From: Azolla caroliniana
Taxonomy: Eukaryota; Plantae; Polypodiophyta
Assembly: GCA_043228905.1 (NCBI GenBank)
Contig: JBHGNT010000022.1
Location: 4,774,001 to 4,838,000, forward strand
Length of the DNA stretch: 64,000 nucleotides
Direction: 5' to 3'
This document shows positions 46,754 to 57,699 of the stretch, in pieces (position 1 is the first letter of the stretch; every line of letters starts with the position of its first letter). The notes below the pieces were generated by a model. The model saw nothing but the letters and a program-made list of their open reading frames with translations, did no database searches and had not been told where the DNA came from. A program made the translations under genes and the position numbers.

Positions 46754-47890
46754 CTTCCTTTCCAGGAGTAGTAATAGGAGAACAAATATCAATATTGACA
46801 ACTTCAAGCACACTGGAGGAGATTCAAGACGACCTTCTGATACTGTAAGATATGGTGGAGGAGATTCAAGGAATAAATTGTCAGGTCAATCAAAAAGGCA
46901 TGTGGGAGGAGGTAATAATAATAATGATGATGGTGGACATAACGACAGTGTGGAACGACAAACATCTGCTGATTGTAATAGTTTGCTCTCCCATGAATGG
47001 CCTCGGATCATCCTTGTCCTCAATCGGAAAGAGAAAGAGGACGACTTTCTTGTTTTTAAAGGAAACAAGCCTCCACAACGTCCAAAGAAACGTCCCAAAG
47101 TCGTCGAGAAAGCCCTCCTGGTAAGGCATTTCTAATCCTCTTTGGGATTTCATCTTTGGGTTTGGAAAACTCCAAAAATACTCTAGCGATTTGCCAGATG
47201 TTTCTCAAGTTCTTTTCTTGAGGCGAAACACTGACATAACCCTGAAGCTTTTAAAATGGTTAAGAATACCCTTCCGTTGTACTGCATAGGGGTATTCTTG
47301 TAATTTTTCGAAGACTCGGGAATATTTTGTTAATAACCTATAAGCTTGAGATTTTTGGTCTTTTCCCTGTTTTTCTGTTATTTCACCGAATAGTGATAAA
47401 TAAAACATTTGAGTTTTTTTCCTCACCTATCATCAGATTTGTTATTAGAGTAGTTAAAGCTTGAAGACTGATAAGAAAGAGATGGGGGTTTCTTTGTATG
47501 TAGTTTTGTACTCCTGGATATTGGCTCAGTGACTTGTCGCATGGACGATATGACGTAAGAGAGAAGAAAAATGCGAAAAAGGTAAACATGTAATACTTTT
47601 CAGTGTTTCCATCTTTTAATTGATTGATTCAACGAATGCTTGTTTTTGCATCTCAATTCACAGAAACTCTTTTGGGTAGATTGATTTTTATACGACGATT
47701 AGTGCATTCACATCTCATTATTGCATCTCTATTCATACTCACAAGTACACATGCTTTTTAGGTGTTTCCATTGAATCAATTATGTTTCCCTGATGGTTTT
47801 TGGTTTTTTTATCATAATAAATTCATCTCTGTTTTGTAGAATCATGGAGGGCTCAAGGCGATGGAGAGCTTTGAATCAGACTCGGAGTGA
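42583..47890 (+). CDS. DUF1639-domain protein, 5 exons: 42583-42587, 43726-44301, 46766-47120, 47504-47581, 47840-47890 (354 aa)
   Basis: GT-AG introns with consistent phases. Motifs QWGVRKRSRC, WPRIILVLNRKEKEDDFLVFKGNKPPQRPKKRPK, PGYWLSDLSHGRYDVREKK and GLKAMESFESDSE* are typical of plant DUF1639 proteins. The 5-nt first exon is the least certain part. Confidence 0.9.
44387..44662. repeat. 3 x 92-bp near-perfect tandem repeat in DUF1639 intron 2
   Basis: GGAATACACA starts at 44391, 44483 and 44575. Confidence 0.92.
46683..46750. repeat. (GA)n microsatellite just upstream of the exon 3 acceptor
   Basis: Seen directly. Confidence 0.97.
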
Positions 47891-50729
47891 AAACATTCCA
47901 AGCCGACGAAAGAAAGGCATCTATCTAATGATTGATTTATTCCTTTGATGTGTTATAATCAAGATACGAAAGTGGTCTTGATCACCATATTTCTGTTTGG
48001 GTACCGAAGCTGCTCTCCCCTCCGCTCAGCTTTGAGAACATGCCTTCGGAAAACACACGATGGAAAAAGATGACATGCATACCCCTACTACCCACGGGCA
48101 TGTTGATTTAGGAAGCATTGCTCATACCCAAAAAATGAGCTTGTGTCTTGTATTACTCTTATCTTCTTTATAACCCAAAATGCGCTATTATGTTGTACGA
48201 TGAATGTTTTTGGAGGTATGTAGGCACTTTGGTTTCTTGTAATTACTTAGATAACTCATATCGACTCTTTTGTGAAATTTCCATAGTGAAGCGAAGACCT
48301 AAGGTTCTTATTCATGAATCATTAAAAGAATTCGAAAGCATCGAAAAGAGAAGATCTAGTAAGTAGAAGAAGTCTACTTTTCGGCCTTTTCGAAGGATAT
48401 TTTACAAAGTGTCGACACTTCATGGGTTTTATTTTCAGGTGGTTAACCCCCCTTATGGAGACTCGATAGAAGAAAAGATGTGTTACTCTTTTCAATCAAC
48501 AGTCTTGTATGCAGTATGGTCATTTTTTAGGTGAAATTGATCCATTTGAATGTCTATTTGATACCTTGTTAGGAAGTAAATCACTTATTCTCTAAAGTTT
48601 TTGTGGCAAATTTATCATGCTTGAACATTGTCACAAAAATTTGGTTCTTGTGCGTATTGCATATTTCAGGAGTTCATGTGTGATGTTATGTCCTAATTTA
48701 GAAGCAAAGACTGGCTTTCTCTTTTCCTATTCATTTCGACCATCTCGCGTGTTTAAGATATAAATTCTAGCATTTCACGTATCTCACTAAATTTCTTTTC
48801 GTGTAAGTTGGAGGGGCCCATGTTGCTTGAAAATATTCGAAACAATAATGTAAATTGAATTTAGTAAAACAAAACATTTGTTGCATGTGACCTTGGTAAG
48901 AAAAAGTCAAAGCAATTGTTTTGTATACCGAAATGATTTCGTACGAGTGAAGTATTTTCCATCAACTTCTTTTTGTCCTAGAGACTGGTCTTTGAGTTTG
49001 ATTCAAAATAAAAGAAAATGAGGTCTCATCCAACACAATGGTTGACAAGGTTTAAACTATCCTTGCGTTTTATGTGAAACATATTTTCTCAATAAAACAT
49101 GAGAATTATGTTAGAAACATGCCCATCTCAAGTGTTTGTGCCTTGTGTGATAAATGCACGTTTCCAATAATTTTATTTTGAAGACATTTCTCTATGTTAG
49201 AAACGTGCCCCTCTCGAGTGTTTGTGCCTTGTGTGATAAATGTGTGTTTCCTATAACTATATCCTAACATGTGTTTGGAGCTAGTGAATATTTGGGCATG
49301 TGTGGTCTTCCAAGGATAATAACATATTGGTGGCTCCATTGACGTATGAGTTTGAGCAAGCTAGGAGGCCCTTGTGCACTCTTTGTGACAGTTCACTTGT
49401 AGTCCTAGATCACTTTGGCTCAAATCATAACATCTCTTTTCAAAGACCACATTGTACATGTTTCTTTGTGTTGAGTTAATTACATCGTTGGTCACCACCA
49501 GTTTAATTGCTGCCAAGGTCCTCATGTCATATTTAACAAGAAACTTACAGAAGTACTATTGGCAATAGCACAAGGTTCTTGTGCCATGTTACACTAGAAA
49601 TTTATGCAATTCTTTTAGTAAACGAGTAAAGACATACATATTGGTGAATCTTGTTAAGATGTATTAGGCATAAATTTAGTTTATGTGGCCTCAAAACATA
49701 AACCATACATTGTTGTGTTTTAATTCGATAGTATAGAAGAATAATGAATTGCGTGACTTAGAAATGACGGCTCTTCATCACTAAGTGGGAAAAATGAGAT
49801 GGTTTTTATGACATGTTATAGTTTGACAATGTTATTTTTAATTCATTCGTGTTTAGAAATATAGAAAATATCCAACATTTCCCATGTAATGCTAATTAAA
49901 TTTTGACTTCATTAACTGTGTGAGGTTGCATGCATGTCTTGCCTTTCATGTGTCGATGCATAAGGCGAATCTTCATATAGTTTGAACATTGTCAAGCAAC
50001 AATCTTGGTTTTAAAGGAAAACGAAATCGAAAATCGAATTCAAAGTTGTTGAAGGTAGGCATGGTATGTTTAATAGTATTGGTTAGCAAAAGAGATGAAC
50101 GTGATTATAAAGTTTTCATAGAGAAAGCCATAGTTTCGGATCTTTAAGAAGGGTATTTTCGAAAAAATAATCTTCGTCAAACTAATGCTCATTTTGAATT
50201 GGTACTTGTATTGCAAAGGAAAAAGAGATAAAAGAAGTCACGAAAGCCTTCGACAAGAGCTGCTCTTTTGTTTTGTTGTGTATAAAAAGTATGTTTTATT
50301 GTCCTCCCTTGACTTCTTGTTGACATAGAAACATTGTTGTGTTATGTTACTACTAGACTACTATCTTCATGCATGAAAACAAAAAAACCTCTCACACCGC
50401 TCCATTCAGCTTGTTAGTTTGTTCTCTTGATCTAATCACCGAAAGCTTTAACTGTCTCAATCTTTGGACATTTGTGCATCAATCTTTTTCCACATTGCAT
50501 GGGGCCACTCGCTCATGTTTTCCTTGATACAAAAGACAACAAAAACAAACAAACAAACAAACAAAGCAAACTTGAAATGATGCATATCTCGACCAAACTC
50601 TCTAATGACTACCAAACTTAACACATCTCGAGCGGGAAAGGGTGCTCAAGAAAATAACCCTAATACTGTATTTGAAAAGCAAAAGCAAAGGGGGTTAAAA
50701 ATCAATGGCATCCACAATGACTAGTAACC

Positions 50730-51749
50730 TTAAGTTTTTCGGGCTGCTCGCTCGAGGATCCACCTCCTCATGTCGTAGTTGTCGTCTTTTCGTTTCGTCC
50801 CTCCACCCTCGGTTTCACACTTGACCGATATCGCCTCGAGCTCATCTGACACTTGCTTGTCGAGGGCCTCCCGGAGGTGCGCCACATAATCCAGCGCTTG
50901 GCGCCGATGCGCGTTCCGAAGCTCTCTCCTTTCTCGATCTTCCTCCACATCTCGCTCCAACACCAACACCTCTAACATGGTCTTTTCATGGGAATCGTTG
51001 TCATCGAGACCACCAAAAAACCTCTTTTGATCTAATGAGGTGCCCAATACCTTCTTGGCATGGAAGTCTTGGCTACTATTGTACATGACACACCTCTTCT
51101 CAAATTGCTCCCTTTGGAGCTCCTCTTCCTCTTGCAACCACCTCTTGTTCATGTCGATCATGTCGGCCTCGATGCGCTCTCGCTCGGGCTCCCGGAGCTT
51201 CTCGACCAACGGCAAGTGCTCGCGGAGAATGTCGATAGGATCTGCCGAGCCATGATCTTGCCATCCCGGTTCCGTGGCAGATTCCGATTCCTCGCGGAAA
51301 CTTCCAGATCCCCGTGGCTCGTAAATCTCTCGCATCCGGCGGCTTGCCCCGCGCTCCACCCGAAGCCGCCGTGCCTCATCTTCAAGCCACGCTCGCCTCT
51401 CGATGGGGGGGGAGGAGACGGGCAAATCATGACCAATTTTAGTAGCCAAATCGGATGGGTTCGATGACATTCGGCTCAATTCAGCCGATATGGAGCGTTC
51501 CTCATGGGCGAGGATGGCTTTCACACGGCTCCGCCTTTCCCGGAGCGCTTCGTCCGCCTCTTCTTGCTCGTCTTTGGCCTTGGGGGGCGGATGTCCACGG
51601 ATTCGCGCGAACTCGGCTCGCATCATGAGGTGCTTGTATTGTTGGATGGAGGCGAGGCGGTCGCGGAGCGAATCCTCGTAGCGCATGTTCTTTAGGGTTT
51701 GAGAGCGATGGGCATTCTGGGACTTGCTCCTAGGGGCGTGGATGAACAT
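50730..51749 (-). CDS. Intronless 339-aa charged, helical protein of unknown function
   Basis: Uninterrupted GC-rich ORF in AT-rich surroundings, good start context (CACCATG), microsatellite-rich upstream region. No recognisable domain. Confidence 0.65.
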   Translation of the reverse strand: MFIHAPRSKSQNAHRSQTLKNMRYEDSLRDRLASIQQYKHLMMRAEFARIRGHPPPKAKDEQEEADEALRERRSRVKAILAHEERSISAELSRMSSNPSDLATKIGHDLPVSSPPIERRAWLEDEARRLRVERGASRRMREIYEPRGSGSFREESESATEPGWQDHGSADPIDILREHLPLVEKLREPERERIEADMIDMNKRWLQEEEELQREQFEKRCVMYNSSQDFHAKKVLGTSLDQKRFFGGLDDNDSHEKTMLEVLVLERDVEEDRERRELRNAHRRQALDYVAHLREALDKQVSDELEAISVKCETEGGGTKRKDDNYDMRRWILERAARKT

Positions 51750-53793
51750 GGTGAAAAGGAAACCCTAATTCCTACCCCAACCTATGGATGTATGTGTATG
51801 TGTATGTGTGTTGATGTGTTGATGTGTTGTGAAGAGAGAGGGATGGTGATGGCGATGATTTCTACGTGTCTTTTGGCCACCCTAGCGAAGGCTTTTCATG
51901 GCCCATGGCATCTCTTCATCTCTCTCCACTTGGTACCCCTTCCTTCCAAACGCTTTAAGCAAGATTTTGATTCTATACACACATGATAGGATGGATGGAT
52001 GCCCTTGCGTCTCCTTGTGGGGTCCAGTTTTTGAGAGAGAGAGAGAGAGAGAGAGAGAGTGTGTTGAGACTTGCACCCAAATTATTATGTATTTTATAGT
52101 CAGGGACACCATCGTGCCCTTGTAGGGTTGGTTCTTTTCGGAGAGTGTCCAACTTGTTTGGATAAACCATTATGTATTTTGTCACGAAAGTTCGGAATAA
52201 ACCAATGTCCTAGGCTGAGCTTGCACACTTCGACTACGTCCTCGATTCCATCCGATCACCATTTGAACATGTCGAACTGTTAATGTCAACGAAACCCACA
52301 CCAGACATGGCAATTTTCATTCAAATGATTATCAAATGCTCTTTGTCGCTCAACACTAGCTTGAATCCACGAGCTTTACCAACACACGTCGTACCATTCT
52401 CCTAATCCTATAAGAAATCAAGGAGAGTCTTTTACCTAATGAATGTATGTATTGCATGAAGGAGAGTTATTGTGCTTTGGTGGTACTTGCAATGCCTTGT
52501 GTTTAGTGTAACCCTTGGAAACTTATCATGGATATGAATGAACATGTACTTCCCTAGGTATTTTTGAATGTTGATCGGAGATCTACCTAGCCTCTTTGTC
52601 CATCTTGTTCTGAAATCTTGTAAAGCCTAGTGTCGACTCTTTTACCATCAAGTTTCACAAAACAACCAAGCATATTTTTACTTAGCGAAACCACATAACC
52701 ATTTTGATATGGGCAAGGGTTTTGGAAATGTCGTTATTTCGTAACTTTTCAAGGGGGGTAAAATTATGGTACAAATCCTACTTTGGTTCCCAACTTCCAC
52801 ATGCACTCAATGGAGAGATTAGATCTTGTGTTACATTATACAACTCCCATCGCCTCATATGATATGGCTTCTTCGGATAGTGTCTCAAATTTTGTTGGGG
52901 CTCTCACATTTTAGGATACTTCATATTGCACGAGAAGAAATATAGTGTTACACAAGGAGTCACACTTTTGTTTGTTTATGAGCCATCTCACATTAATTTG
53001 CTTTAGGTAAAGTTCCATAAAAGACAATTTATCATCAATTCATATAGGAACATCTTGTATAATTTCAAATTAATCGACAATTCAAGCATTCCAAAACTTT
53101 TTTGATGTGAAGTGAGTCTTGTGATCAATCATTTCCTACACTTTTCTTGTTTTGAACCTCAACCACACATACATAACGTATCCAACTTATCGCTCAGTGT
53201 GTAATAAAAAATAACTCACATCTTGTATGGCACAACAACAATATAAGAGTTTGAAGGGTGATAAAAAGTGTCAAAAGCCCTTGGAAATCACTATATTCTA
53301 ACTTTTTTTACTTGGTTGGAAAGCAAATTATTCTCAACTTAAGTTTACTCGGTGATTAGCATGTCACTCCATAATATATGTGCTTTTATGTTTGTAAGCT
53401 CATTTACCATCCAACAAAATACAAATGGATTCATTTGCCCATATATATGACTTGGGCACATTACAATTCATCTTATTTTTTGGTTTTGGCATCAAAACCA
53501 TATGAGGGTATATAATTTGTTATTCAACAATACAAGGTGTGAATATCATTAGAAGTCTTGTATATCACTTGAATGATCATATTAATAAAGCCAATCAATC
53601 CCTTGCTAATTTTATGGTATATCTCCACAACTTTGACATATTATTAATTTGTAACCCTTAGAGTCCATGGGTTCATTCCGTCTTCTTCTTTGACATCTTC
53701 CTACCTCTCATGTATGAAGTGAAATACAAAAATCCTCTCTATGTTCCATATCTCCAAGAGTTTTTTATGTCACAAGTCGATCCATCGATTTCA

Positions 53794-55368
53794 CTAATCA
53801 ATACATCGGCCTTGAGAGGAAGGTCTGTTTGACAACATGTTATATGGCGCCATCGTCATTCGTATCCTAAAGAGTTAAAAAAAAAAGTCAACGCGGAAAT
53901 GCTTCTTAGTTTATAACAATTAGCATGACAATTCTATGTACATGGCTGTATCAAAACAAAGTTAAGAGAATATGAGATCATTACTACACATTCCATTACA
54001 TTAGATGATAAAGATCACAAACCTTTGTTTGCGTCGCTCGAGGAACCGAGCCAACGACACCTTCCTTGCTTGCGGCAACGCTATAGATGCAAATAAAATG
54101 GAACGAAATGATCAACATGGTATGAATGATATATGACTTAGATGCGTACAAAACTGAACGAAATGATCGACACATATGAATGGTTTACGCTTTAGATGTG
54201 AACGAAATTGAACGAAATGATCAACACATCAACACATATGGACAACATATGCATAGATGTAAACAAAAAGATTGAACGGAATGATCAACACACCGTGACA
54301 CATATGTGGAACGATATACACGTACAAGAGAATATGTAGTTTGTTTGATTACATGGAACTTTGAATCAATTCAATATTGTTGTGTAGAAATTCGACAAAA
54401 AAAGATTAGAAAAACTTGAAAATTATTAGGAAGTGATTGAATTGTGCAGTACCTCTGGGGACATCACCCATACTTGCATCATTAACCATTTGTTGTGGAA
54501 TCAAGGGATGGTAATCCATGCTAGACATGCCATCCTTAGTGGTGTTCCTCACAGGTAAAACATTCTTTGAAGCCATCATCATGATCTCTTGGGCCTAGTA
54601 CAATAACACCATCAACAATGAATTCAATCCAATTGCTTTCACCAATGGTTTAAAACTTTAATGCATTCATATGGATTCAATTGAACCCAACAATGAATTC
54701 ACTCCAATTACACTCAACAATGGTTGAATGCATTCATTTGGATTCAATTGAATCGACGATGATGTTTTGTTTTGTACGGATGTATACCTTGGCTAATGAG
54801 ACATCATTGTACACACACACACTCCCACGATAGAAGATGGTTAGTTGCTCCGGGGCCCCCGATCCTCCTCCAACATTCGAGTGGATCGAAGAAGGTTGTA
54901 CCAAATGAAGCTCTTTATTCTTCATCGTTATGGATTTCGGCTGCCTAGACAAATCGGGCGATGTGTCGAGATTGATCCCCATGGCTTGTGGCGGACATGC
55001 CGATAATTGGGTGGGCTCCATAGTGGTGAATTGCATCTGGATCTGCGGTGTTGGCCATTGTTGGGTAGGGCAAATGTTGCTACTCAAGAATGGTAGTGGC
55101 GGGGCCGGACAATGATGGCCATACTTCTGCTTATTAGGTTGGAATGAAGAGGATTGTAGTGATGGTGATGGTGATGAAGGTGAGGATGGCATGGTCATGT
55201 GTCCATATTCATATAGCATATTAACTCCTTGTCTAGTAGTGTTCATCTCATGGGTATGGGTATGGTTATGGGCATGGGCATGGGTATAGGCATGGGTATG
55301 ACTATAGGTATGGGCATCCATAATGGTATCATTCCATCCATGGTTTGCTTGTGAACCCATGAATGTCC

Positions 55369-55414
<46 letters not shown>

Positions 55415-56486
55415 CATCATCATCATACACTGTATTGACATACCATTCATTACATGACACACAAACTAATGACTGAGATTAGGGCACTAATCTCACATGT
55501 TGAAGATCACTTCATCACAAAAAAATGTTAAAGACCACTCACTAATCCCAGATGTTTAAGACCACTGATTAGGATCCTCTGAATTAGTGGGAGTTAACCC
55601 ACTGATTCATAAAGGCAATTAGTGGAAATGTTAAGAAGGAAGATTAATGGAGGTCACCCATATTTAAGAGAAGATTAGTGGAGATAACCCACGATTATGT
55701 AGTCTAGGGGATTAGTGAAGACAAACCACTGATGGCTGTAGATAAGATTAGTGTATAATTCGGACAGGATTGATTAGTGGAGGTACTCCTTTGATTCAGA
55801 GATGATTAGTTGAAAGAAACCTTGATTAAGAGAAGAGTAGTCGAGTAAACTCACAATTTAAGAGACGATTAGTGGAAAAGAGGGATCAATAATTTAAGAA
55901 CATGAATATTAAAAACCAACCAAATAATGAGAATAATATTAAGAACCCATTAATCAAAACAACACAAAACAAAACTGTAGAAGCTTATTAATTGAGACCA
56001 AGTAAGTCACATTAATAAAAGAACAAAAACAAAATCCACAAAATTAAAAGGGAGAGAAAAACATTAACTGAAATCAGATATTGATTCAAAACAAAAGAAG
56101 AAGAAGAAGAAGAAGAAGAAGAAGAAGAAGAAGAAGAAGAAGAAGAAGAAGAAGAAGAAGAAAATCCAAACAGAAAACTGGTTAAAAAAGGCATAATTTA
56201 ACTGAAAATAAAGACAGGCTTCCATTAACTATAAAGAAAAGAGCATTAATACAAAAATTCAAGCAAATGTAGGCAGAGAAATAGTTTTACCTGAATTAAA
56301 TGCCATATTTCCATAGGCAGAAGATGGATCCATGACGGAAACAGGCGAGGGATGTGGGCCGTTGATCCTGATCATAGATCGAAGGCCAAGGAAATCAAGG
56401 GCCACCAACGTTTCTGCATGAACATAATCAGTATTATGCTTGAAATTTGAAGGAATTCTTTGGCTTTTCTTCATCAAATCCGCCAT
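53794..56486 (-). CDS. JAZ: TIFY/JAZ jasmonate repressor, 5 exons: 56486-56291, 55368-54788, 54594-54453, 54080-54023, 53866-53794 (349 aa)
   Basis: N-terminal LDFLGL, ZIM domain QLTIFYRGSVCVYNDVSLAK|AQEIM, Jas motif ALPQARKVSLARFLERRKQR|IRMTMAPY. All introns are GT-AG with consistent phases. Confidence 0.95.
55371..55413. repeat. (CA)n/(TG)n microsatellite abutting the JAZ exon 2 acceptor
   Basis: Seen directly. Confidence 0.97.
56096..56162. repeat. (GAA)n/(TTC)n microsatellite in JAZ intron 1
   Basis: Seen directly. Confidence 0.97.
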
Positions 56487-56784
56487 AGCCAGTCACAACA
56501 GATCATACATAAACTATGAATGAATTTATATATATATATATATAGCTTAACTAAATCATAGACATGTGCAGAAGAAGAGAATTTTAGAAATGGAAGCTCA
56601 CTTATTGCAAATTACTGTTATTTAAAGAAAATCAAGAGGAGACATAAAGTTAATTAAATCAAATTACACACACCAGAAAAAAAGAAAGAAAAAAGAAAAA
56701 AAAAGAGGAAGGCAAAAAAATTAAAAAAAATAAAAGAGAAGAAAAAGAAAGGAAGAAGAAGAAAACAAAAAGAAGCACGGGCAG

Positions 56785-56814
56785 AACGTGCGCCTCCAAT
56801 TTAAGCACGTGTTT
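56785..56814. promoter_or_regulatory. T/G-box (AACGTG) and G-box (CACGTG-TTT) in the JAZ promoter, candidate MYC sites
   Basis: Motifs at 56785-56790 and 56806-56811, ~300 bp upstream of the ATG. JAZ genes are known MYC2 feedback targets. Confidence 0.6.
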
Positions 56815-56957
56815 GTCATTGTATAATTTTTTAATTAATTAATTAATTAATTAAATTTCATTTATTGTTTATTTTTATTTGACGAACCAATAGGGTTTGC
56901 CCAATTGGAATGAACACGACCATTTCATCAACAATGTCTATGGTGCCCACCCATCTG

Positions 56958-57428
56958 CAATTAGCAACGGTAACATGAAACCGCGGGTTAACAGCTTAAT
57001 GGTTTAAACGGTTTGGTTTGATTCAGCTTCCAAGTACGGTTCGCTTCAGTTTGGCAGATCAATAGTTTCGGTTCGGTTTAAACGGTTTTTCCAGTTTAGG
57101 GTTTTCCTCTTTGATTAGTTTCTTGAATTTTTTTTTTCAACCTTTTCATTTTTTAACCTCCTTCTCACATTTTAGAGAAATTGTAAAACGTTTGACAAAT
57201 TAATATTTCAAATATTTGAAATAAAATTTAAACCTTTTAAAATTGAAAATGGAAAATCGCTCTAACTTGAAAACCAAAACCAAACCACGAAACCATGGTT
57301 TGAACGGCTTTGGATTTTTTGTAATGGTTCGATTTAAACGGTTTCGTGGTTTTGTTCGGTTCGGGTTACGTTTCAAATATTTTAAACGATTTGTGTTTGA
57401 CACTCGCAAACTGAGCCGTTGCCGATTG
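56958..57428. mobile_element. Non-autonomous hAT-like element / MITE (~470 bp)
   Basis: Imperfect TIRs CAATTAGCAACGG / CCGTTGCCGATTG and clustered subterminal AAACGG/CGGTTC motifs at both ends around an AT-rich core. TSD is degenerate. Confidence 0.65.
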
Positions 57429-57699
57429 TTATCTACAATCAATGGTAACACAATTTGGTGATAGTTGGACTTCCAATAGTCCTCATGATTATTTGTACCA
57501 CCAAATCTTAGGTGAATCTTCTTATATACATCTTGATATGTTGACGTGTAATTGGTCTAATGTACTAGCCTCAAGTTCTAATTCTCAAAAGAGAGAGTGG
57601 GATTTCATATTGGCTATTTTATATGTTTCAACGTATGTTTTGGAATGAGGTTCAATAGTTATTGGACCTAAGATCTCTCCCTTGTCAATGTATTTATCG

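Noticed and set aside
46597-46765. Poly-ER/RE peptides as part of the DUF1639 protein
   Set aside because: Translation of an intronic (GA)n microsatellite. The phase-compatible acceptor is at 46765.
48200-50700. Intergenic region searched for genes or elements
   Set aside because: AT-rich with only a short local duplication (~49107-49250). No supportable feature.
55369-55462. MCVCVCV… N-terminus of the 242-aa ORF
   Set aside because: Intronic (TG)n repeat. The real JAZ N-terminus is in exon 1 (56486-56291).
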